59,479 bases of DNA from Thermoanaerobaculaceae bacterium (GTDB taxonomy: Bacteria > Acidobacteriota > Thermoanaerobaculia > Thermoanaerobaculales > Thermoanaerobaculaceae): the NCBI GenBank assembly GCA_025456225.1, contig JALOLB010000001.1:14054-73532 (forward strand), read 5' to 3'. Of this stretch, positions 30,787 through 40,000 are shown one piece after another (position 1 is the first letter of the stretch; each line of letters opens with the position of its first letter). Below the pieces are notes generated by a model that did no database searches, was not told the DNA's origin, and worked only from the letters and a program-made list of their open reading frames with translations. The position numbers were made by a program, and so were the translations under genes.

Positions 30787-32472
30787 ATGATGGACCTTCG
30801 AGCTGCCACAGCCGTCACGCTGTCCACGTTCGCCCTGACCCTGCTCGCAGCGCCGACCGTGCGGGCCGCCGAGGTCGACGCGCCGGCCGCGGTGACGATC
30901 CGCGAGGTCGTCGAACAGGCCTCCCACCCGCTCATGCGGTGGGGCGCCGCGCCCCACTACCAGGACGAGATGCTCGGCCTGTACCGGCCGGGCGACTTCG
31001 CGCCTCTCTGGTTTGCGGACGGCGTGCCCCGGTCCCAGGTCCGCGACGTCATCGACGAGCTGCTCGCCGCCGGCACGCGCGGCCTCGACCCCGATGACTA
31101 CGACGCCGCCCGACTCGACGCGGCCTGGCGGGCGGTTGCCGCCGGTGGGCGGATGAGCGGCCGTCAGGAGGGTCTCTTCGACACCGCAATCTCCTTGGCC
31201 CTGCTGCGCCACATCTCGGACCTGCACATCGGCAGGATCAACCCGAAGAACCTCGGCGTCGACATGGACATCGAGCACAAGAAGCTTGACCTGGCCGCGG
31301 TGATCCGCGCGGCAATTGACCAGGATCGGATCGCCGCCACCGTCGCCGAAGCGGAGCCACAGATTGCGCCCTACCGGCGCATCAAGGCGGCGCTCGAGCT
31401 CTACGCCCGTCTCGCGGCGGACGCATCGTTCCAGCCGCTGCCGGCGGTGCCGAAGGTATCGCCGGGTGACGCCTGGCCGGGCACGCCGGCCCTGCGCCGG
31501 CTGCTGGTCGCCCTCGGCGACCTGCCAGCCGCCGAGGCGACGGTCGGCGACGATACCGTCTATGCCGGACCGCTGGTCGACGGTGTCATGCGCTTCCAGG
31601 CCCGGCACAACCTGGCAGCCGACGGCGTCATCGGCAAGGCGACGTTCGAGGAGCTCAACACGCCGCTCGCGGTCCGCTACCGGCAACTGCAGCTCGCCCT
31701 CGAGCGGCTGCGCTGGCTGCCGGGCTTCGGCGAAGGCCGGCTCGTGGTCGTCAACATCCCGGCGTTCCGGCTGTGGGCGTGGGAGCTTCCGAACCCCGAT
31801 GGGCGGGCTGCCCTGGCCATGGACGTCGTGGTCGGCCGCGCCTACCACACCGAGACGCCGCTGTTCACGCGCGACATGAGCCACGTGGTCTTCTACCCGT
31901 TCTGGAACGTCCCGCCCTCGATCGCGCGCCGGGACATCGTGCCGAAGCTCAAGAAGGACCCCGGCTACCTGGCCGCCGAGGGCATGGAGCTGGTCGACAG
32001 CTACACGCAGCCCGCGCCTTCGGTGACCGAGGTGACCCCCGAGGTGCTGGATCGCCTGGCGCGCGGCGCGCTCAAGGTACGGCAGAGGCCGGGACCGAAG
32101 AACGCGCTCGGGCCGGCCAAGTTCATCTTTCCAGACAGCGGCAACATCTACCTGCACGGCACGCCGGCGCGCGCCGCCTTCGGTCGGCCGCGCCGCGACC
32201 TCTCATCCGGCTGCGTCCGCGTCGCGGACCCGGCCGCGCTCGCCGAGTTCGTGCTCCGGGGACAGACCGGGTGGGATCGGGAGGCGATCGACCGCGCCAT
32301 GGCCGGACCGCGCGAGCAGTGGCTCCGGCTCGAGCGCCACGTGCCGGTGTTCCTCTTCTACACCACTGCCTACGTCGAGATCGACGGCACCGTCCACTTC
32401 CTGCACGACCTCTACGGGCACGACGGGCGCCTCGAGGCGGCGATCGCCGCAGGCGAGCCATTCGCGCCTTGA
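30787..32472 (+). CDS. YcbB/LdtD-like L,D-transpeptidase with peptidoglycan-binding domain
   Basis: Track ORF 30733..32472 trimmed to the ATG at 30787 (signal peptide MMDLRAATAVTLSTFALTLLAAPTVRA). PG_binding_1-like segment (VMRFQARHNLAADGVIG). YkuD catalytic motif: YLHGTP...SSGCVRV. Confidence 0.85.
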   Translation: MMDLRAATAVTLSTFALTLLAAPTVRAAEVDAPAAVTIREVVEQASHPLMRWGAAPHYQDEMLGLYRPGDFAPLWFADGVPRSQVRDVIDELLAAGTRGLDPDDYDAARLDAAWRAVAAGGRMSGRQEGLFDTAISLALLRHISDLHIGRINPKNLGVDMDIEHKKLDLAAVIRAAIDQDRIAATVAEAEPQIAPYRRIKAALELYARLAADASFQPLPAVPKVSPGDAWPGTPALRRLLVALGDLPAAEATVGDDTVYAGPLVDGVMRFQARHNLAADGVIGKATFEELNTPLAVRYRQLQLALERLRWLPGFGEGRLVVVNIPAFRLWAWELPNPDGRAALAMDVVVGRAYHTETPLFTRDMSHVVFYPFWNVPPSIARRDIVPKLKKDPGYLAAEGMELVDSYTQPAPSVTEVTPEVLDRLARGALKVRQRPGPKNALGPAKFIFPDSGNIYLHGTPARAAFGRPRRDLSSGCVRVADPAALAEFVLRGQTGWDREAIDRAMAGPREQWLRLERHVPVFLFYTTAYVEIDGTVHFLHDLYGHDGRLEAAIAAGEPFAP

Positions 32473-32497
32473 GCGGCTTCCCGGCCTGCGCCTCGCG

Positions 32498-33043
32498 CTA
32501 CCAGCGGCGAACGCGGCCGGTGTCGACGTGGACGAAGGCGGGACCGGGGTAGTAGCCGACGCCGCCGCGCGCGAGGTCGAGCGCGGCATCGCGCAGCGCC
32601 TGGCAGTCGACGTCGGCGAGCCGGACGTCGATCGCCCGGCCGAAGAGGTGCATCGAGGCCCGCGCGACGCCGCCGCTGCGCAGGCGCAGCATCTCGTTGG
32701 TCGCCGACGAGCGGTAGCCCGAGATCACGTGGAATGGCGAGGAGGTTCCGGTGGCGTGCGCCAGGTCGTGGAGGAGGTCGAGCAGCGCCGGCTCGATCGG
32801 GTGGACCTCGCCGGTGCGAAAGTCGCGCAAGACCCGGTCGATGGCCTCCAGCGCGTCCGGCAGGTTGGAGCCATGCTCCTGGTAGGTCACCGACAGCCGC
32901 TCGCCGGTGTGGGTGTGCTTGAACGACAGCATGCGCGCCGCGGGCACGTCGGCCCAGCCGACGCGCCCGACCATCACCGAGACGCCGGCCGCACCCCCGA
33001 GCGCGAGCAGACGACGACGCGAGATCGGACCACGCTCCCCCAC
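32498..33043 (-). CDS. MepK/YcbK-like peptidase M15A (DUF882) with Tat signal
   Basis: 181 aa. Twin-arginine motif SRRRLLALGGAAG. Motifs ISGYRS..TN, SMHLFGRAIDV and FVHVDTG. GTG start at 33043. Confidence 0.8.
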   Translation of the reverse strand: MGERGPISRRRLLALGGAAGVSVMVGRVGWADVPAARMLSFKHTHTGERLSVTYQEHGSNLPDALEAIDRVLRDFRTGEVHPIEPALLDLLHDLAHATGTSSPFHVISGYRSSATNEMLRLRSGGVARASMHLFGRAIDVRLADVDCQALRDAALDLARGGVGYYPGPAFVHVDTGRVRRW

Positions 33044-33265
33044 AACCGGTTCGTATATCCCAGGGGCGGCCCGGCTGTCAACCTGAGTGCCAGGTCCGCC
33101 ACTCTTGACACTCCAGGAGGCTGGCGTGGCGCCAGGTCGAGTGGCCTGCTGAGAAGCACCGCTCTCGACTTTGGGCTGAGGTGTTCACCATGATCCTGGC
33201 GCGGTTCGACTCAGACCCGCGAAGCACCGAAGAGTATCAAGAGTGGCGGACCTGGCACTGCTCCT

Positions 33266-33870
33266 GCGGGTTTTCCGACCCTGGGAGCCAACATCTACCA
33301 CAAGGGCACTCGCCACCGCTTTTCGCGCCCCTGGGCGATCGTCGAGCGGAACGGTGTGCGGATTGGAGTGATCGGTGTCATCGGGCTCGATGCTCGCAGC
33401 GTGGCGCTGCCCGCCGGGATCGCGGACCTGGAGTTCACTGACCCGGTCGAGGCCGTCGCCGAGGGGATGAAGGAGCTCCAGGGCTCCGTGGACCTCGTGG
33501 TCGTGCTCGCCCACCAGGGCAAGACCGGACCGGTGCAGAGTGACGCCGAAGCTCGCCCCGAGGTGCAGAGGGACGCCGACGAGGACATCCGCCTGGCAGA
33601 GGCCGTGCCGGGGATCGCCGTGTTGATCGGCGGCCACGCCCACCGCGGCATCGAGACGCCGATCGTCACGCCGACGACAGGCACGCTCGTTGTCCAGACC
33701 TACGGCTACGGCACGCGCCTCGGCTACCTGAAGCTGCGAGTTCAGGATGGACGAGTGGTCGGCCACGAGGGGAAGCTGATGCCGGTCTGGACCGATCAGC
33801 TCACACCCGACCCGGTCGTGACCGCGCGACTCGCGCCTTATGGAGCGGAGTGCTCGCGCACACTGAAGGA
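33266..33870 (+). pseudogene. Internal fragment of a 5'-nucleotidase / UshA-family metallophosphatase gene
   Basis: The frame of track ORF 33356..34072 reads FPTLGANIYHKGT...RIGVIGVIG...DLVVVLAHQG...LIGGHAHRG...VVQTYGYGTRLGYLKL. The N-terminal metal-binding motifs (before about 33266; in-frame stop at 33191) are missing. The whole C-terminal substrate-binding domain is also missing, and homology ends at the repeat block near 33870. Confidence 0.7.
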
Positions 33871-33875
33871 AACGA

Positions 33876-33929
33876 GATACCAGGAACCGATCCGATCGTA
33901 CCGATCAGGTACCGATCACCCAAGGTACC
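33876..33929 (+). repeat. Left copy of GATACCAGG-ACCGATC / GGTACCGATCA repeat block
   Basis: gataccaggaaccgatccgatcgtaccgatcaggtaccgatcacccaaggtacc. It matches the right-hand block at 36574-36619 over about 45 nt. Confidence 0.8.
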
Positions 33930-34080
33930 TTTCGCTACCTATCCTGGCTGGTCGTTTCCAGGGCCGTGGTGTGCCTGCTCTGTCGAAAGGGCTGGAGACA
34001 GCACGTAAGCACACTCCCCGATGGGTTGTGATTCGCGCAAAGCCATCATCATGTAATGGTATTTCATGGTAGAGTGAGCC

Positions 34081-35226
34081 ATGATAGATCGCCCAGACGC
34101 GCTCCGGCGGGTTCGTGACGCCTTTCGCGTGCATCCAGTCGTCGCGGTCCTCGGTCCCAGGCAGTCCGGCAAGACCACCCTGGCTCGGATGCTGGCCGAG
34201 GGGGAGCCCAGCACTTTCTTCGACCTCGAAGACCCACGGGATGCGCAGCGCCTGTCGGCTCCTCTGACCGTCCTCGAGAGCCTGGCGGGCCTCGTCGTGA
34301 TCGACGAGGTGCAGCGACGGCCGGAGCTGTGGGAGCTGCTGCGTGTACTCGTGGACCGGTCCGGGAGCTCGGTGCGATTCCTGCTGCTCGGCAGTGCCTC
34401 GCCGGCGCTCGTCAAGGGTGTCTCCGAGACTCTGGCCGGTCGCGTCGGGTTCGTGGATCTCGGTGGGTTCTCACTGACGGAGGTCGGCGCCCGGCGACGG
34501 GACACCCTGTGGTCGCGAGGCGGCTTCCCGCGGTCCTTCCTGGCTGAAGACGAAGGGGCCAGCCTCGGGTGGCGTCGCGACTTCATCCGCACCTTCCTCG
34601 AGCGGGACGTGCCACAGCTCGGCATCCGCGTGCCGGCCGAGACGCTGCGCAGGTTCTGGACCATGGTGGCGCACTACCACGGCCAGGTGTGGAATGCTGC
34701 CGAGATCGGCCGCTCGCTCGGCTTCGGGGAGATGACGGCCCGGCGCTACCTCGACATCCTGGCGGGCGCCTTCGTTGTGCGGGTGTTGCCCCCGTGGTAC
34801 GAGAACGTCGCCAAGCGGCAGATCCGCTCGCCCAAGGTGTATCTGCGGGACAGCGGCCTGCTGCACGCGCTGCTGCAGCTTCCCACCCTCGACGACGTGC
34901 GTTCCCACCCGAAGCTCGGGGCATCGTGGGAGGGCTTCGCCCTCGAGGAGATCCTCTCCCGCATGGCAGGGCCCCAGGCGTACTTCTGGGGAAGTCACGG
35001 CGGTGCCGAGCTCGACCTCCTCCTGTTCCAGCAGGGCCGTAGGCTCGGCGTCGAGCTGAAGTACGCCGACGCCCCGGGCATGACGCGCTCGATGCACATC
35101 GCGCTCGAGGACCTCAAGCTGGAGCGACTCTGGGTCGTCTACCCCGGCAGCCGCACCTATGACGTGCACAAGCTGGTCACCGTCACCCCGCTCTGGGCTG
35201 TCACCGAGCGGCTGTCCGTACCCTGA
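34081..35226 (+). CDS. AAA+ ATPase with DUF4143-type C-terminal domain
   Basis: 381 aa. Walker A: VLGPRQSGKTTLAR. Walker B-like: LVVIDEVQ. Architecture typical of AAA_14 / DUF4143. Confidence 0.85.
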   Translation: MIDRPDALRRVRDAFRVHPVVAVLGPRQSGKTTLARMLAEGEPSTFFDLEDPRDAQRLSAPLTVLESLAGLVVIDEVQRRPELWELLRVLVDRSGSSVRFLLLGSASPALVKGVSETLAGRVGFVDLGGFSLTEVGARRRDTLWSRGGFPRSFLAEDEGASLGWRRDFIRTFLERDVPQLGIRVPAETLRRFWTMVAHYHGQVWNAAEIGRSLGFGEMTARRYLDILAGAFVVRVLPPWYENVAKRQIRSPKVYLRDSGLLHALLQLPTLDDVRSHPKLGASWEGFALEEILSRMAGPQAYFWGSHGGAELDLLLFQQGRRLGVELKYADAPGMTRSMHIALEDLKLERLWVVYPGSRTYDVHKLVTVTPLWAVTERLSVP

Positions 35227-35440
35227 CACCCCGGCCGGAACGGGTGTCGCCATTTCGGGCTGCTGGGTCCGAGTCGTCAAAACCGGGCCTTGCAGATCCT
35301 CGCATCGGGCAGACCGGGGAAGCCCCCTACCTTGGCCTGCATACACCCACGTGCGTCGTGAAGAGTGAAAAGGGTGGCGGATCTGGTGCCGATCATGCCG
35401 ATCGACGACCGGGAGGCTGCATGATTTGCGGGCGGTCCTC

Positions 35441-36199
35441 TCACATGACTGCAGAGCCGGTTTCGGGGTGCGGACGCACGTCAGAGACCTCAATGTCCAC
35501 GTCCACCCTGACCTTGAGGATGAGGGGAACCCCGGCGCGCGTGCTGGTGTGCACGAGCCGCGGGTACAGGATCTCGCCGGCCCGCGCGAACTCGAAGCGG
35601 ATGATCAGCTTGGAGACAAACGGCGGGGCGACATCGGGACCCACCTCGATCCACGCCGGATCGCCCGTGGCCGGGTCCCAGGCCACCTCGCCGCGACCCA
35701 GCATTTCCTCGTCGTCCCGCTCGTCGTCCCTCGCCTTGCTGGTGGGGCGGAACGCTGCCACCAGCAACCCATCGCGCTGGCGGGGCGTGGCAAAGACGTA
35801 GCGGCCGCCGTTGGGGCCGAGGGGCAGGAGGTCGATGTCGATCTCCGTGTGGTCGTCGTGCTGGGCATGCTCCCGCTGGCCGTTGTGACGTTCCGACCGC
35901 TCCGCGGTGACGTCACGGCCGTCCTCAACCGCGCGGACCAGCCGTGTCTCCCTGGTGCCGTCAGGACGAACGGTGACCTCCTGAACCTCCAGGGAGTCCT
36001 CCGGGCCGTCCTCGCCGGGCGCCGACACCACCACATGGGTGGAGAGCACGTAGCTGCCGGCGAACCCGCGACCATCCAGGACCTGGAAGGCGGCGTTCGC
36101 CCGCCGGAGGGTCTCCGCGGGGGGGCCGGAGCCGAGCACGGAGGGGGCCATGAGCACCGAGGCGAGCGTGAGAGCGATGACCAGCACTGTCCGACGCAT
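35441..36199 (-). CDS. Secreted protein of unknown function
   Basis: 252 aa. GGGAGG upstream of the ATG at 36199. Signal peptide: MRRTVLVIALTLASVLMAPSVLG. High GC3. Confidence 0.65.
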   Translation of the reverse strand: MRRTVLVIALTLASVLMAPSVLGSGPPAETLRRANAAFQVLDGRGFAGSYVLSTHVVVSAPGEDGPEDSLEVQEVTVRPDGTRETRLVRAVEDGRDVTAERSERHNGQREHAQHDDHTEIDIDLLPLGPNGGRYVFATPRQRDGLLVAAFRPTSKARDDERDDEEMLGRGEVAWDPATGDPAWIEVGPDVAPPFVSKLIIRFEFARAGEILYPRLVHTSTRAGVPLILKVRVDVDIEVSDVRPHPETGSAVM

Positions 36200-36520
36200 G
36201 CGACCTCCCGGCCGCGACCCACGGCAGGATCGCTACCGCGTCCAACGCAAGGAAGAGCCCGAAGGTTCGTGCCCATTTCGCCGCACCACGGGGCGCACAG
36301 CCCGCCTGGTCCATCGCTCGACGGAAGCCTGATCGGCCGGAAGGTAGGCACACCGGCCGCCGCAGCTCAGCGACCGATCCGCGCGTCGTTCCCTCTCACC
36401 GGTCCCGCGACGCAGGGCTGGGAGATTCAGCTCAAGGGCCAACGTCGCAGCCAACACGAGCCCGACAAGGTCGATCGGCCTCAGCCTGATGAGCAAATCA
36501 CCCGAGAGTGTGAGGAGTGT

Positions 36521-36619
36521 GATACCAGGTACCGATCAGGTACCGATCAGGTACCGATCAGCTACCGATCTGTGATACCAGGTACCGATCGTACCGATCA
36601 GGTACCGATCTACCGATCC
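36521..36619 (+). repeat. Right copy of the repeat block, including 3 perfect tandem GGTACCGATCA units
   Basis: Three perfect 11-bp units at 36528..36560 are followed by degenerate units and a second gataccaggtaccgatcgtaccgatcaggtaccgatc segment that matches the left block. Confidence 0.85.
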
Positions 36620-36697
36620 GGCGCTCGGATCGCTCGGCCTGGCGACGCTGGCGCTGCTCCTGCTCGCCGTCGGCGCAGCCTGGCTCGCGAGGCGCCC

Positions 36698-36711
36698 CTA
36701 GGAGCCTGTCG
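36698..36711 (+). repeat. Partial inverted copy (14 nt) of the 33-nt motif
   Basis: ctaggagcctgtcg is the reverse complement of the 3' 14 nt of copies 1 and 2. Confidence 0.65.
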
Positions 36712-36882
36712 CGCGGAACCTGCGGCGAGCAGACCGGGCCGGGTGCCCGGGCAGAACGGCAGGAGCGTGTCGAATCGCACGCGGTCGGTGGCGCCCGCGT
36801 GGCGCCCCGACCGTGAGCAGCGTGCCGCGTGCGGCGATGGCTCGAGCGTCCCTTCTCGGCATCGAAGCAGGGTGCGGGTGTG

Positions 36883-36904
36883 CCACGTCCACACCTGTCG
36901 ACAC
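36883..36904 (+). repeat. Copy C of the 22-nt intergenic motif
   Basis: ccacgtccacacctgtcgacac, about 180 nt upstream of the BNR lipoprotein start. Confidence 0.8.
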
Positions 36905-37082
36905 ACCGCAGGCGATACGGGCGGTCTTGACTCAGGCGGGCTCCACCGAGCAGGGGATCGTGGGACCTGGTGTCATCCGAGCATTCCTGCGAATCAGCCA
37001 GAGCGCTCCAGGAGCCTCAACGGGAGCTGAGCTGATATCCTCGCGTCGCCTCGTGGGAAGCCGCAGGGGGAGGGCTCCAGCC

Positions 37083-40000
37083 ATGCAATTGAACCGGTTC
37101 GCTGCCGCTGTCGTCACGGTTGCCGCGCTGACGTGTTGTCGAGCAGACAACGTTGCCGCCGCGGCGGGCTCGCCCCGACCCCGGCATGCGGTCGCTGCCC
37201 TGGCTGGCTGCGCCACATGGGAGCAGGTCCACCCGACCGTACCGATGCGCGACATCCGCGATATCGCCTTCGCCAACGATCTCTATGTCGCGGTCGACTC
37301 CAGGGGCCTGGTCTTCACGAGCCCGGACGCGGTGAGGTGGCGGACGGTCTATTCCTCGAGCAAGAAGCTCCTGGCTGTGACCTGGGCCGGCGACAAGTTC
37401 ATCGCGGTCGGCGAGGTCATTCTCACCAGCCCCGACGGGTCCGCGTGGACTCCCCAGGAGTCGCCCATCACTCCTGGTTACAGCGAGCTGAGATCTATCG
37501 CATCCAACGGCACGGTGGCCATTGCTCTGGGGTACCCATACGCACTCAGGAGCACCGACGGTGCGACCTGGAAGATCGTGAACAGCATTACGAATCTGAG
37601 CAGAGTGGTATGGGCTGGTGGGCAGTTCCTTGCCTTCGACCAGTGGACGTCGGCTGTGATGACCAGCACGGACGGGACGTCCTGGGAGACGCGGACACTC
37701 GGGGATGGAAACCGGATCGGCGCGGTGGCATGGAGCGGCAGCCGGTACCTGGCCGGCGGCGGAGACGGCAGCTACGTGCTCACCAGCCCCGACGCGGTCG
37801 TCTGGACCAGGCAGCCCACCACCGGCAGCGGCTCATGTTGGTGGTTCGCCATGATCTGGACCGGCGCTCGATACGTCGCCACAAACTCCTACGGTATCTA
37901 CAGCAGCGCCGACGGTCTGACCTGGAAGGACAGCATGGACGGGGCAAACCGTGGGTGGGAACGGCTGCCCAGCCTCATCTGGACCGGCAACCAGGCGGTG
38001 GCCGGCGGCGCGGTCGGCATCCTCACGAGCCCGGACGGCCTGCGTTGGACAGTACGCACGCCCGACCAGGCCAGTGCCCTGACGGCCGCGGTCAGCAACG
38101 GCTCCACCATGGTCGCCGTGGGCGATGGGGGACGCCTGCTGACCAGCCACGACGGCCTCCGCTGGCAGGGCACCTCCGTTTCAGGGGTCTACGAGCTGAG
38201 CGGATTCAGCGCGGTGGCCTGGAACGGCAGTCGCTTCGTCGCGGCTGGGACCAACTCAATGTGTCAGGGCTTGCTGGCGAGGAGCGACGACGGCTTCCAC
38301 TGGTCGTCCAGGGTCATCCAGGACGACATGATGGTCGTCGACCTGGTCTGGGACGGAACGCGATTCGTCGCGATCGGCTCGGGCAGGGCATGGACGAGCC
38401 GCGATGGGGATTCATGGGAGGTTGCCTACGCCGGTCAGGAGAACCTCGGCACCTTCCTGCGCTCGAACGGCTCGATGCTCCTCGCCGGTTGGAAGTCCTG
38501 GGGGGGCTTCGTGTACACGAGCCCCGACGCCGTCTCATGGGTCAAGCGGCCACTTCCTGCCGACAACTGGCAGCTCTTCTCGGCGACCTGGAACGGATCG
38601 CTCTTCATGGCCGTCGGCACCCTGGCCGGAAGTCCGCCCGAACCTCTGGTCGCTACCAGCTCGGATGGTCAGGAGTGGACGCGGCTCACGACCGACCTCG
38701 CGACCGGCTTCCGCCCCACCGCGGTGGTCTGGGACGGGAGTCGGTTCTACGCCTCCAGCTCTGAAGGGGCAAGCTCGAGCGCGGACGGTAAGACATGGGA
38801 TCCGGTTCAGAGGCTTCCTGGCGTCGTGAATGTCCTGCTTGCCGAGGGAGGGCGGGTCTACGGCTTCGGGGACAACTCGTCGATCATGCGGACGGCCTGC
38901 AGCACCTCGAGCTCCATCCAGGTCTCCGCCATCGCACCAGCATTCGGGTCGGTCGCCGGTGGGACTCCAGTCACCATCAGCGGTGTCGGCTTCAAGGCCG
39001 ATGCCACCGTCGCGATCGGGAGCGCCTCGGCCCAGCCGGCGACGGTGCTCGACACGACCACGATCATCACCACGACCGGCGCGGGAGGCGCCGGGCTGGC
39101 GGACGTCGTCGTCACCAACCCGGGCGGCCAGCAAGCCACCCTTGTCGGAGCGTTCACGTACACGCAGCCTCTCGCGCTCCAAACCACGGCCCTCCCCGCC
39201 GCCAGAACGGGCCAGGATTACAGTTGCGCGCTTGCGGCCACTGGTGGTGAGCCACCTTACGTGTGGACGGCCTCCTCTTCCCTGCCGTCTGGCCTCGTCC
39301 TGTTGGCTGAAGGCGTCCTGAGCGGCTGGCCAACGAAGAGTGGTGCGTTCCCGGTGGGCGTGGAGGTCCGCGACGCACTCGGCGCCCGGAGCACCGCGAC
39401 CTTCTCCCTCATCATCGAGGCCGGCGACGCTCTGTTCCAGGGTGTAGCCCGTCAGAGTGGGAACCTTGGGTCCGACTGGCGCTCCGAGGTGAGTCTCTTC
39501 AACCCGACCTCGTCGTCGCAGACAGTCCAGCTCAAGATCCACGCCAAGAAGAGCAGCGCCGTTGCCGCGGCACGGTCCTACTCGATGGCTCCCGGAGAGA
39601 TGCGGTCGATAGCCGACCTGTACACGGAGCTCGGCGCCACCGAAGGATCGGGAGTCCTGCGCGTCTGCGGCAGCGCCACGGCCTGGGTGCGCACCTTCAA
39701 TTCCACGCCAACCGGGACGTACGGTCAGAGCGTCCCGCCGCACGCCGAGGACATGTTCGAGTTCGATGAAGAAGCTCTGTTCGCCATCAACGCTCCCGCG
39801 AGCAGCGCTTCCGGGTTCCGCTCGAACCTCCTGCTGCTGAACCTCGAGCCTCGACCGACGACGTTCGTACTGACCATCGGTGGCGCCCAAGTCACCTACC
39901 GTGTGGAGGCGCTTCAGTTCGATCAGGTCAATGGTGTGGGTGCGACGGTCGGCTCGACAGCAGGGGCCAGCGTCCTGTCGGTGAGGGCCGACGGTCGCTG

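Noticed and set aside
28698-32157. ORFs 28698..30722 (plus, 674 aa) and 30643..32157 (minus, 504 aa)
   Set aside because: They are antisense to lepA and to the L,D-transpeptidase gene respectively and have shadow-ORF composition.
33181-33441. 86-aa ORF overlapping the start of the 5'-nucleotidase fragment
   Set aside because: It is out of frame with the recognisable FPTLGANIY...IGVIG homology and has no RBS.
36528-36560. Possible CRISPR array or minisatellite (GGTACCGATCA x3)
   Set aside because: The units are only 11 bp and directly abut with no spacers, and no cas genes are present. I treat this as a tandem repeat or recombination scar, not a CRISPR array.
35426-37030. 534-aa plus-strand ORF spanning the secreted-protein gene and the repeat block
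   Set aside because: It is antisense to a gene with a good SD sequence and signal peptide. It then runs through 11-bp tandem repeats and intergenic DNA, and has no motif.
36813-37082. 90-codon N-terminal extension of the BNR lipoprotein ORF; similar extensions precede the trimmed starts at 4042, 6216, 8969, 17342, 21757, 22607, 26715, 42085 and 52990
   Set aside because: In each case an internal ATG is preceded by a strong GGAGG-type site and opens directly into a signal peptide or the conserved N-terminus. The upstream codons are compositionally shadow-like and, in this case, run through intergenic motifs.
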